The notes under the pieces were generated by a model. It did not search any database. It worked only from the letters and a program-made list of their open reading frames with translations, and was not told the DNA's origin. DNA of 64,000 nucleotides from Gekko japonicus (Eukaryota). The stretch covers positions 555,903 through 619,902 of the forward strand of contig NW_015171506.1 of assembly GCF_001447785.1 (NCBI RefSeq). The letters run 5' to 3'. The translations under genes were made by a program, and so were the position numbers. Below, piece by piece: positions 26,104-37,787 of this stretch (its first letter is position 1; each line of letters starts with the position of its first letter).

Positions 26104-27794
26104 CTACAAACACAAAGGAAGAAACAATGAAACCAAACAAAGAGGAAAGTAATATGCATTTTCAGAATTTTGCACCTTTTTATCATGAAAAAACCCATGC
26201 AATTTGTGTATTGTCATGTTTTTGTCTGTTATAATTCTGAATATCATAAAGAAAATCCCCCCCTTTCCTCTTAGATACTACTGAATAGTTTTTCTCTTGG
26301 GAAGAAAAAAATTCTTCTTGAAACACTGGATAACATTTTCCCGGTTGCTGTTCGTACTAATGCATTCCCTCATATGGTAACCTTTCTCCCAAAATTCCAG
26401 AGAGCTCTGCATCTTAGCAATCTTGTAGTTCAATGGGTGCCCTAGTATCAAGGCTTGAAAGCCCAGTCTGTATTATGAAATGGAATGAATTTGCAAGGGA
26501 CAGCTGTGTTGGGACCATATCTGAGTGCCAGATAGAATTCCATTTGGGCAATAAAAAGGACTTAGTTTTTTGAAAATGCATGTCTTTTACAACACTGAAA
26601 GAAACCGCTAATAAAATGCCCTTTGGAGGACATATGGGGTGGGGGGTGAGCTGCTCTGTTGTTCAAGAACAATTGGAGGGGGGGGGTGAGACACCAAACC
26701 TAAGTTCTGATACATTCAGTCTCGAAAGATTGCAAAATGAATGTGTGCTTTCGATTTCTGAGAACCAGATGATTTGTGTGATGGAGCTGTTGCTGTGGTA
26801 ACGATACGGTGGACTGTCAAACAGCCAAATGCATAATGTTTCCAAAACCAGATAGGTTATTGATGCATGGGCACTAACCCATTTTTGCAACCTCCCCAAA
26901 TAGCTTTTGTCCTGGATGCAGGATCTCCTTCGCCAAAATGCTGCTGGCTTCTTTTGTCTCTGTTTCCCGTGCTTTTGCGATTCCTAAACAGAGCCTATGT
27001 ATTCTTCCAGACTGCTCCCAGTGCCTAAAACAACTTCCCCCTTTCAGTTGTCTGCTTCCTTCTCCTCTTTTCAGTCTTTCCACAAGGGCAGCTTCTTTTT
27101 AAAAAGTGTTCCTGAAACCATCTTAACCAGGATGATCCTAAATGATAGAGGGATATCCTTCAATGAAGACAAACTCACACCTCTGTGGTTAGAATTATGA
27201 TCTCCTTTGAAAAGCTGTAGCTCAGCAGTCTACAATGCAGCCTCTAGCTTGCACTCTATACATGACATTCTAGCCAGGAAAAAAAGATCAGTGTAGATTC
27301 TTTGAATTCTACAGCTCTGGCCTGAACAAAGAAACAGAGAGGTGCTGGAAAACCTGTAAGGTTGTACAGCCAGTCAAAAAACATGTACATGCATAGAGTG
27401 GAAGTACTGGATCTGTTCCCACCATTCATAGGTTCAGGCAAATATCTGCAAAGAGCCCGAGACATGTATAATTGTTTGCACATAGGGTCTTTTGCATGAA
27501 TGTTGCAGGGATCCTGTCCATGTACACTTACAAGTGCTAAGACTTTCTTCAGCAGTTCAGTTAAAAGTATGGATGTTGGGGGGGGGGGGAGAAGAACCAA
27601 AGGATACAAACCTTCTCCCCTCTATGCACAAATCTATATGTGCTCTTCATATTAACCAGGTATGATGGACCGCTGCTCCTTCTGTTCTGTGAGGCAGATC
27701 TTCCCACCAAAACACTGTTCACCACTCTAACTGAGCAGCCACTTAGTTGCGTGTTTGAATTATAAACATATAACTTTCTTTTTGTCACACACAG

Positions 27795-28748
27795 TGTTAA
27801 AGAAGTTATTTGGCTTTTTCTCAGGCCAGAGATTTTTATTGTAAGTCAGCAGGGACCCCTCTTATAAAACCCTTTTGGAAACGGCACTTGACACAAAGTA
27901 AAGTTGAAACAAAAAGGTTGATTTTATTGAACAGGCACAGTTGTATCAGGAATAGAGCAGGGGATGGTGAGTTCTTTAAACTAGCTCTTTATAAGAAAAT
28001 TAAAATTTGAGCAGGCAACAGAGTATACTTAAAGCTTGAATTCTAAGTTTTGTTTGTCTTGGAGATTTTTTATAGCAACAAAGTTTCATAACAATATCTC
28101 AGTTTTCTAGAAGTTAGAACTTTCTTCCTTTATATCACTACTTCCCTTTTGAAATTATAACTTTCCCTTTCTGTACTCTTGAGGAGTCTAAGACCATTTC
28201 CCTTTTCACTTCTCAAACCAGAGATCCCTTCTGAGTTGAACCCTCTGAATATCCTCCTTTTCCTAGGAGCAATATCCCTTTTCTGTTTGGCTAGGCAGGC
28301 AATTTCCCACTAACTAACCAACCTCTTCTGGCAAACCCTAACCCCAGTTCTGGAGACAGCGAATAAACAGAGAATTCAGCTAGTGCTGACACTTAGACAT
28401 TAAGTTATTTGTGAACTTTTCCCCAAACGTATTGGGGTACAGTAAAGGCTAGGAGTTGTGTCTTTTCACTTCTCAAGTGACTTGTCTGTTTTGCTCAGAC
28501 ACACACACACTCCTCCTGACTGGCAACTGCCAAGTCAAAATCCAAACAATGACTGACTGACTCTCTGACAAGACTCACAAGATTTTATAAAACTCTCCTC
28601 AGCTGGTGCTGACCAATTGGGGGGGGGGGGGGGAGCAGGCAGCAGCCTGTCACTCAAACTGCTTTTCAGTGAGGCATTAACCCCTAATGTCCCAGCTCTC
28701 TGAGTTTGATGCACTAAGCATCCTAGGTTTTTAGGTTAGTTCGTCACA
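27795..28748 (-). mobile_element. Probable solo LTR (Gypsy/ERV type)
   Basis: TG...CA ends with flanks acag/ccag. On the minus strand CCAAT (28613-28620), TATAAAA (28583-28589) and AATAAA (27923-27928) occur in LTR order. Confidence 0.68.
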
Positions 28749-28802
28749 CCAGAGCTGCACCTCACTGTATATTTTGCTCCTGTTGCACTATAGCAGGAGT
28801 CC

Positions 28803-29212
28803 TAGGGTTGCCAGGTGCCTACCTCGTGCTAGTGGGGGAATTTGGGAGGTGTTCTGGGGGTGCAAAGGCAAGTTATTTATTTAATAAAGCTGTCTTGGGG
28901 TAATAGGTGGGATGTCAACAATGTGATGACATCACTTCCAGAAGTGACATCATCATGTCGGTGACATCGGGGCAATGCTCTTCTTTTTAGACAAAACTCT
29001 ATGGTAAAAATGGCCACAAACCGTATACTTTGCCCAAAAAGTAGAGCATCACCCCTAATGTGATGTTCAGAAGTGATATCATCACATTGCCGATGTTGCA
29101 CATGAACATCTGTTTGGGGGTGGGGTTTCCCTGCCAGCCAGCTGGCCAGTGGCAGGCAGGAGCTCACAAAAGTGGGGAATCCCCTGCCCCCACCTGGGGA
29201 CTGGCAAGCCTA
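28803..29212. mobile_element. hAT MITE, TGACATCA subfamily
   Basis: TIRs tagggttgcca / tggcaagccta; TSD aggagtcc/aggggtcc (7/8). Confidence 0.86.
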
Positions 29213-30314
29213 AGGGGTCCCCAACCTTATCGAAACTGCAGACACTTTTGGAATTAAAACCCTGTATTGAAAAAACCCACCAAATATTTAAAAAACATAT
29301 AGAATATCTATCCACAGACACACTGTGGGAATGTCCATTCAAATTCAGAAGGGTGTGGAATATGATGCACTAAAACTAGGGAATATGTGTAGAATGGAAT
29401 GAATGACATTTGTCCAGGTCTGATTACATGTATCGTCTTGCATCTGTAAAATGCTAGAACACATGCAATAACTATCTTATTCAAGAATAAGTAGTTTTCC
29501 CTCTGTCCTCTCTGTTTGCATTAGAAGACTTGCATTAAGTCTGCATATGATCCAAATCTCAGATTCTTTGGTACAGAAGCTGCATCCAAAATAATCTCAT
29601 CTAATCAAGCTCCCCCAGACAAACTGAAAGTAAAAAGAAACTTGACTTGAAATTTCCCCCCCTCACACACATCTTTCTCTTTAGGTGTGTGATGGGTCTC
29701 TTTTTTATATTAAATCTGATTTATTTGAGGAGATGCCATTACCTCTTATTTACTGATGAAAACTAGAATATTTGCCAACCCCCCTCCTCAGAAAAATATT
29801 TTGAGTTTTAGCCTTCCCATAGAGCACAATAGCAGCTATTTCCTAACAGGCATACATAATGCTCTTCTGGGTTGCCCAGCAACCAACAAGAAGGCATGTC
29901 AAGGATCCAGTGAATGACAAAGAAAATGTGGCAATACTTTAACATTAAGTGAGATGGTGGTGCTCTCTTCTGGGTTAACTGGCTGAGTTGTTTGCCTAAA
30001 ATTCTAATATTTGAGTTCTTAGAATAACAAAAGGTAAAAAGTGAAAGGAATCCTATTCAAAAAGCAACACTTGCTCACTGGAGCCCAGGCATGCAAATTT
30101 CTGGGCCATATTAGTGTCTAAGCATGAAGCATAAGAAACAAGAGTGGCTTTGAATATGTGCCTTGACATCACTACTGAAGATGCTGAACCAGAATGTGAG
30201 GTTATAGAGAAAAGCTTCCATTAGAAACTGTATGCATTTTTATAAGAAACCTTCTGACTTGTGGGACATGCATCACTTGTGGGCTTACTTTCCACATAAA
30301 ACATTCATAATCTA

Positions 30315-30533
<219 letters not shown>

Positions 30534-31249
30534 TCAGAATTAGCAAGGAATTCCAAAGTCCAAGCAAAAGGCCAGCTTATAGTATGAGGCAGTCACTGGC
30601 ATTTGTGTCTCCTGTGTTTCAGTTTAGCAGTTAGGCAGTGAGAAACTGACCTGGTAAGCCTTCCCTGTCAGTGCTGGACATGAAGGTTGCATGAGGTGAA
30701 TGACCATTTGCTACATAAGTCATAGAACTGCCATTCAGGGCCAAATCCTGGCAACCATAAATATTTGTGGATCACACATACAGCTGATGGACAATCAAAC
30801 AACTCAAGTGGCATCTGTTAATTTTTAAGACTCTTGAAGTGCAATCAAAAACACTGTGTGAACAGAAACCTAGGCAGACAGAATAAAACAGGAAAAGCTA
30901 GAGGAAGATGCAACCAAGTGAGCAACTTAAGCTACGCTCCCTTTAGTGGCTGCTCTCAAGGCTGAAGACTTCAGCTTCCATTTACATAAGTATGATAATA
31001 AGGTAAAGCATGAAGAATCATAGAATTGATATTGGACATCATGATCAACCCCTACTTAACTTGCACCAGTGGTCTCTGCAGCATAAGACAAGAGTCTAGA
31101 GACCCTCAAAGCATACGCCTGCCAAGTCAGATTGGGCTGTTCCTGCTGTCCTGTTACCCAAGATGATCCTACTGCGGCCCCTAGAAAAGGAATGATCCAT
31201 CCTACATGGATGGAGGCTTCATTGGTGCACTTAATGCTAGAGAAGGCAT

Positions 31250-31448
31250 TTGTAGCTTGGTGGTACAGCATGTGATTTGTAGGAAGGTTCCAGCTTCAAG
31301 CCTTGGTGCCTCCAGTTTACACATCTCAAGTGCTGGGAAAGACCTCCTCTGCCTAACACTTGGGGGGTGCTGCCAGTCAGAACAGACAGAACTTTGCACT
31401 GTATTGAACTAGATGAGTCAGTGGTCTAATTCAGTATAAGCAGCTTTA
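31250..31448 (+). mobile_element. tRNA-derived SINE with CR1-like tail (Squam2-like); second copy at ~14200-14578 is interrupted by a MITE
   Basis: Decayed A/B boxes plus gggaaagacct...tgccagtcaga..agaca...tggtct.a.tca shared by both copies. Confidence 0.6.
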
Positions 31449-31780
31449 TTTTTTCATAATTTGCAATGTATTCATTAATACACTAGGAGAATAAAACTAC
31501 AGCTGTGGCAGAGAGAAAGATTGAAATTATCTGTTTCTTATTTCTACAGTAAAGGAACACAAAAGCCCTGAAGAGAAATGAATGCACATTGGGGTTAAAG
31601 CAGCATTGCAGCATCAACTCCAGCCCTGACCTATATGCATTAATGGAAGGTGGTCCACAGGACTGGGAGCTCTCCTTTTTTGGAAATCGTATTTATGCAG
31701 AGCACTCTCTACATGCACAATGGATGTGTGTTGGAACATGGCAGAGCTCATCACTGTGATGTCACTCTGCTTGCCATGCA

Positions 31781-32058
31781 GAGAAGAAGAGAAGAAGAGA
31801 TTGGATTTATACCCCGCCCTTCACTTGAAGTCTCAGAGCAGCTTACAAACTCCTCTCCCTTCCCCTCCCCACAACAGACACCCTGTGAAGTACGTAGGGC
31901 TGAGAGAGCTCTTTCAAGAACTGCCCTTTCAAGGACAGCTCTTGTCAGAACTATGGCTTGCCCAAGGTCATCCAGCAGCTGCAAGTGGAGGAGTGGGGAA
32001 TCAAACCCGGTTCTCCCAGATTAGAGTCCGCACACTTAACCACTACACACGAACTGGC
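31781..32058 (-). mobile_element. Squam3-like SINE
   Basis: Same family sequence as 25150-25458. Confidence 0.85.
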
Positions 32059-32189
32059 ATATTCATGTCATATGTGCTGAACAGGTGAAAAGACCAATAC
32101 CCTTGCAATTCATGGCTTTATGTATGCCTGTATGTATGGACACACCCAAATTAAATAGCCGCATCCTAAGGGAAAATCCGTACTACAAT

Positions 32190-32595
32190 GTTTTTTTATT
32201 TTTTTATTTATTTTATTGGATTTATACCCTGCCCTCCCCACTTTACAGCAGGCTCAGGGCAGCTTACACAAATTAAATACAGAACAATTAAAATCACATA
32301 AAATCATCTAAAACAATTCAATTGTAAACAGTCATAATTTATAAAGTGCTGCATAATAAGTTAGTTGTACTTAAGTGTGTACACAAGATCCCACCACCAT
32401 TCTGCTCATGATCTTCCTAACAAGCAGGCGGTGCAGGCTAGGTGTTAAGAGCCAAGGGCCAGGGCTATAGTTAAAGCTGTTAATATGGTGTTAATATGGT
32501 GGCGGCTCCTAATTATAGGCCTGGTGGAAGAGCTCCTTCTTGCAGGCCCTGAGGAACTCTAAAAGATCCTGCAGGGCCCTGATCTCCTCCGGACA
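32190..32595 (-). mobile_element. L2 3' end fragment
   Basis: (tttta)n tail and ggcctggtggaagagctcc..cttgcaggccctg..cagggccctgatctc, similar to 38257-38325. Confidence 0.78.
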
Positions 32596-33438
32596 GTCAT
32601 AGTGTCTCCACAGGAATCCTTCCTGGGCATTGTAGGTCTGTGACAGGGACTGGGGATTTCTTAGTACCCTCATTCAACTCCACAATTTTGGCAGTAAGGT
32701 GGGGGAAGGGAGCCATGACAATGGCTGCAATAACCTCTTCAAAAATACCTAAACAATTTAAATTTGATGAAGTGGAAGCAGCTGTGATGGTTTGCAATAC
32801 CTGTGCTTTTCAGCAACAATCGATGAAAAAGAAGAAAATCAAATGGGAGCATGGATTAGGTTTGCATTGTTGGGGAGGGGGGGGCTTCATTTTTGATGGG
32901 CCATTGATTATACTGAAACAGTTTTAGTCATCACAGTTGAGTGAGCCATGTAGGAAACAATTCTGAACACTGCTGTTTCAAGAAACAAATTATGAAGAGA
33001 GGAAACTCCGAAAAACAGACCATGTTTTTTGTCTTCTCACTTCCGTTTTTTATTTCTTTAACAGCTGCTCCCCTTTACTACACTGCACAGAAAAGGAAGG
33101 AGAGGGGGTAAATTCACATAACCCAAGAAGACAGAGTATGTCCTCCTCTTTTAATTAAATCCAACCTACTCTGCTGCTCTCATCACTTGCTCCTCTTAAA
33201 TTAAACTGCCACTTACTCTATCTGCTTCATGCAACAACTGGGATAAAGAAGATATTTCATTCTCGCAAACATGATTTACACTCTTGCTCTGAGGTAAAAA
33301 CCAAGGGAGAGAGAAATAAGACAAGAAGAGCAATATTGCCAAAGGAGCTTGTGCCAAAGCAACTGCCCACTGACAAGACTGCAGCCTTGGATTGTTAAAT
33401 GTTTCCTTTTACATCTAGGTTTTTGCTTAAGGCTGTAG

Positions 33439-33720
33439 GACTGATTTCACATAAGAGCTGCGCCGCTGTCGCGCCTCTCTTTGCCCCGCTTCTATTGGTC
33501 AATTTCCCACTTGAAGCCCCGTGGCCGCATTTTGACCCATGGCTTCACCCGATTTTCCCTGTGGTTTCATGATCCTCAAAACAGGGTCACGAAACCGCGG
33601 GGAAAATCGGGCGAAACCACGGGTCAAAATGTGGCTGCTCAGCTTTGAGTGGGAAATTGACCAATAGAAGCAGGGCAAAGGGAAGCGTGACCACGGTGCA
33701 GCTCTTGTGTGAAATCAGTC
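33439..33720. mobile_element. Palindromic MITE (PIF/Harbinger-like)
   Basis: Whole element is an imperfect inverted repeat with gactgatttcac/gtgaaatcagtc ends. Confidence 0.82.
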
Positions 33721-33849
33721 ATAGAGAAGCTCTAGAGAAGGCCATGGTGATGATCAGCTGCATTTTTGCTTGCTTTCCTGTGAAAGTTGATACTTGCATA
33801 GATGGCCTGGAAATGGCAGGTAGGTGGGAGCCATTATTACTCTGTAACA

Positions 33850-34353
33850 GGAGAAAAAAATCTGAGTTCAGTAGCACTTTAAAGACCAACAACATTTTCC
33901 AGGGTTTAAGCTTTCAGGAGCCAAAGCTCACTACATTACATACAGAACAAAGAATGAGTCCAGTGGCACCTTTAAGACCAACAAAGTTTTATTACTGTAC
34001 AAACTTTCATGGGTATGCAAACTTCGACTGATTTCCCACAAGCTGCTGGTCCGTGCTCGCTCTTCCCTTTGCCCCAATTGTACGTGTCAATTTCACACCA
34101 TGTGCTGCGTGGCCGCATTTTGCCCCGCAGCTTCGCCTGATTTCCCCTGCGTCTACTCAGTCCTGACTGAGTAGATGCAGGGGAAATTGGGCGAAGCTGC
34201 GGGGCAAAATGCAGCCATGCGGCACATGGTGTGAAATTGACACGTACAATTGGGGCAAAGGGAAGAGCGAGCACGGACCAGCAGCTTGCGGAAAATCAGT
34301 CTTCCTCAAATACAATGAAATGTATCTGAGGAAGTATGTGTGCACACGAAAGC
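33850..34353. mobile_element. Cluster of Penelope-like pseudo-LTR fragments (others at ~284-345, 47040-47147, 61225-61378, 62263-62408)
   Basis: Recurrent gagtccagt(a/g)gcaccttt?aagac(c/t)aac terminus and ctgaNga...gaaagct core, often in inverted pairs. Confidence 0.68.
34026..34301. mobile_element. Palindromic MITE (PIF/Harbinger-like)
   Basis: Near-perfect palindrome centred on actcagtc-ct-gactgagt; gactgattt termini; 3-bp TSD ttc/ttc. Confidence 0.87.
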
Positions 34354-35281
34354 CAGCTGTTGAGGACTGATGTTTGGTTATGGGATTCAGGAACAGAGAT
34401 TGACCTGCAGCACAGGGCAGCTTCAGCCGGCTTTGTCATGAGGCTACACCTCGTGGCCCGACAGTGAGACAAATCACATCCTTGCTATGATGCCACTCTG
34501 CTGCCTGTACCTATGCATACATTCTCATTCTAACACTCTCCCTCTCTGAGTTGATAATTACCATGTTCTGAGCCAAGCAGCTGTCACTAAGGAACAGGAG
34601 CTGCCCAAACACTTTCACAGCACAATGCATGCAAGTTTATTGGCTGATTTATCACACCATAATGAACTTGCTCACAGCCTCCCATAGCATGGGAAGCCGA
34701 GGAAGATGGGCACAGGCTTGAACATTTTGTTCCGATGCATCTGAAAGGAGGGGTGAACAATCAGGAGAATTCTTATACACATTCCCCCCCACCTCCATAC
34801 ACACTGTCCAGTGTTGCTTGAAAAGTGGGCACCAGGCAAGCATCCAAGGCTGGTCGGTATTCACAGAAGGGCACAGTTCCAATCTTCCGGCAGATGCAAG
34901 AGCTGCTGAATAAGGGCATGCGCGGATAATGGGCAATTAAAAAAAATACAGGAAGAGAAAGGTCAGGAGTGGTCAGAACAAACTTCATTCAGCCTTGCCT
35001 TACCCTGTGAGATGGGTTAGGCTGAGAGACTGTGATTCTCATGAGGTCACCTAGGAAAGCTTTGTGGCTGGGCAGGGAGAGGAATCTGGCTCTCCTTCCC
35101 CTGAGTCCATCAGTCTAGTCACTATACATCATGCTGGCTTTCAGGCTGGCTGCACATGTGCACAATGACCAATCCGGATACCAATCCAAATACACTGAAC
35201 AGAACTGGACTTCTCCAATCTCTTTCAAAAAGCACACACTGTGGACAACTGGGAAGAAGACACCCCCATTAATCTAATGGG

Positions 35282-35610
35282 GAGAAGAAGAAGAAGAAGA
35301 AAGAGAAGAAGAAAAAGAAGAAGACGAGGAGGAGGAAGAGTAGTAGTAGTAGTAGTAGTAGTTTTTATTTATATCCCACCCTTCACTACCTGAAGGAGTC
35401 TCAGAGCAGCTTACAATCTTCTTTCCCTTCCCCACCCCTGTGAGGTAGGTGGGTCTGAAAGAGCTCTTTCAAGAATTGCTCTTTCGAGAACAGCTCCGAA
35501 AGAACTTGTGACCAACCCAAGGTCACACCAGCAGCTGCATGTGGAGGAGTGGGGAATCAAACCGGGTTCTCCTCAATCAGCGTGCGCGCTCTTAACCACT
35601 ACACCAAATC
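35282..35610 (-). mobile_element. Squam3-like SINE with compound (GAA)/(GAG)/(TAG) tail
   Basis: Same family sequence; tail microsatellite at 35282-35362. Confidence 0.83.
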
Positions 35611-35952
35611 TCAGTTAGACATTTCTGCAAGTCTACATTCAACACACAAACCTGGGCAAATAGGAAAGGCTCCATGGCATTAGGCTCCTGTCTCTTCTAG
35701 GAACACAGTGCCCTCCCGTTGTCCATTACACCGTTAGCAGAATCCCATCATACACTATGAGAACCTAAGCTTTAAGATTAACATTGCCATCCTAAGCAGA
35801 GTCTTAAGGTGGCAATGCAAGTGTTGTGCATAAAAGGAGACTGAATTAGCTTCTCTTACTAGGTAGAAACCCTTAACATTGCAGTGCTAACTAGAACACA
35901 AGTATAAATATTTGATAAGAAATGTCACCACAAATGCTTGCCTCCCTCTTAA

Positions 35953-36240
35953 CAGAGCCAGTTTGGTGTAGTGGTTAAGTGCACAGACTCTAAACTGGGA
36001 GAACTGGGTTTGATTCCCCACTCCTCCACTTGCACCTGGCTGGATGACCTTGGGCAAGCCGTAGTTCTGATAAGAGCTGTTCTTGAAAAAGAACAGTTTC
36101 TGTCAAGAGCTCTCTCAGCCCCACCTACCTCACAGGGTGCCTGTTGTGGGGATGGGAAGGGAAAGAGGTTTGTAAACCGCTCTGAGACTCCTCTGGGTAG
36201 TGAAGGGCAGGGTATAAATCTATTCTCTTCTTCTTCTTTT
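35953..36240 (+). mobile_element. Squam3-like (MIR/Ther1-related) tRNA-derived SINE, young copy
   Basis: Pol III A box tggtgtagtgg, B box ggtttgattccc, CORE-like body, (ctt)n tail. Confidence 0.85.
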
Positions 36241-37787
36241 GCCATTCACTTCTATCTCAATCTTCTGTTTTTTTGATGGAACAGAATCTATTCTGGGCCT
36301 CTTCAGACAAGGTACATGTGTGTTTTCCTTTGCTATTTTATAATCCTGATTATTATCATGTTGTTCCTTTTATGTTTTTATACTACATGCTACAAAACTC
36401 ACTTTGGGTCAGTGGGCACACAGACATGTACAATATTTGACTGCTATCAGTTCAGTCAGTTCACACATTCAGATGCTGGCCTTCAAGAGTGAATCATTTC
36501 AAGAGCTGAGCTTGAAATGCTAAAAGCTAAACAAACATGAAATGCTAATAACTAAACAAACAACTTCAAAGGCATAGTGTTTGATGTTACAGTGGATGAG
36601 AAGAAAGCTTTATATGGAACGGTTCATGCACATAGGAAAGGCATCATTTGATATTGCTGTTATCAAGTGATGGGCATGCCTGAGTCAAGTGAATTGTTCA
36701 GAGTACAACAGTTAGCAAGGCCTGCTTATAGCATCTCTTCAGTGCTGCCTCTTGAGCCTTCCTCTGTGTTCTCTAGTGACACACCAAAATGCAGACACAC
36801 TATGGATTAATCTGTTTAATGGCATGCAATTAGCAGGGCTCTTAAGAGACACCTTACAGGGTGATCCTCCGCAGAGGTATTCCAGTCTACACCCTTTGTA
36901 GTCAATTAAATGTAATCATCTTATTATTTTATGGCTCAACTGGTTTAAATTTGCATAGGAGGAAAAACACAATTGTTCTAAATAACAAAGCATATTTGGG
37001 ACTCAAGAGTCAAAGGCACTTTTGCTAGTGGAAAGGGGGAACCCCCAGTTTCCATGGTCTAGAGGCAGCACCATACCCCACATCTCATACCATTTCCGAG
37101 GGTCTCTCAACCTTCTTGAGTGACTCCTCAAGGGTGTTGGCTTTGGGGAGGCAGATGCAGGAAAGCACGATAAGACAAAGAGAATTCTTCTTGCACTGCT
37201 TTGGACCAACATCTTTGCATTAAATACGTAGACTAGCAGACTTCATCTCAGAAGAGGCATTCCATGTTCAACTCACTTAAGAGAGATGACTTTAAAATAG
37301 TGCTTGCCACCTGTGACTTTTGCAGATATTGCATTAAAAATGTAAAATGTGTTCATCAATTAATTGTAACTTTTTAATTGATTACAATGATTTAGGTCAA
37401 TGCATTTAATGATTAATCAAGAAACCCTAGAAATTAGTGGCCATGACATTGCTCAAACCCAATTGGTACGTTAGGTCTAAAATGATTTTTCTCTCTAAAG
37501 TACTCCCGTTTTAATATGGATTTTAAAAATTAATGGAATGTGTGGCATAGATATAATATCATTGTTTAACATCAGCTGTATTTAGCATTTGACTACAATA
37601 TTCAATGAAAGTTTAAAAAATTAATTTATTTTATAGGACATACATTGTTTAACAGGATCAGGACCATATGATATAAGGGCAGTATATTTGTTTATATGTG
37701 CAATTCCTTTTTATTGTAAAATCTATGATTAGTGGCCACTGAGGAAGGCAAGTATGCTGAAATGCATTATTTTTTAAAAATTACTAT

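Noticed and set aside
35953-36030. tRNA gene
   Set aside because: The A/B boxes belong to a SINE head that continues into SINE body and tail; there is no full cloverleaf.
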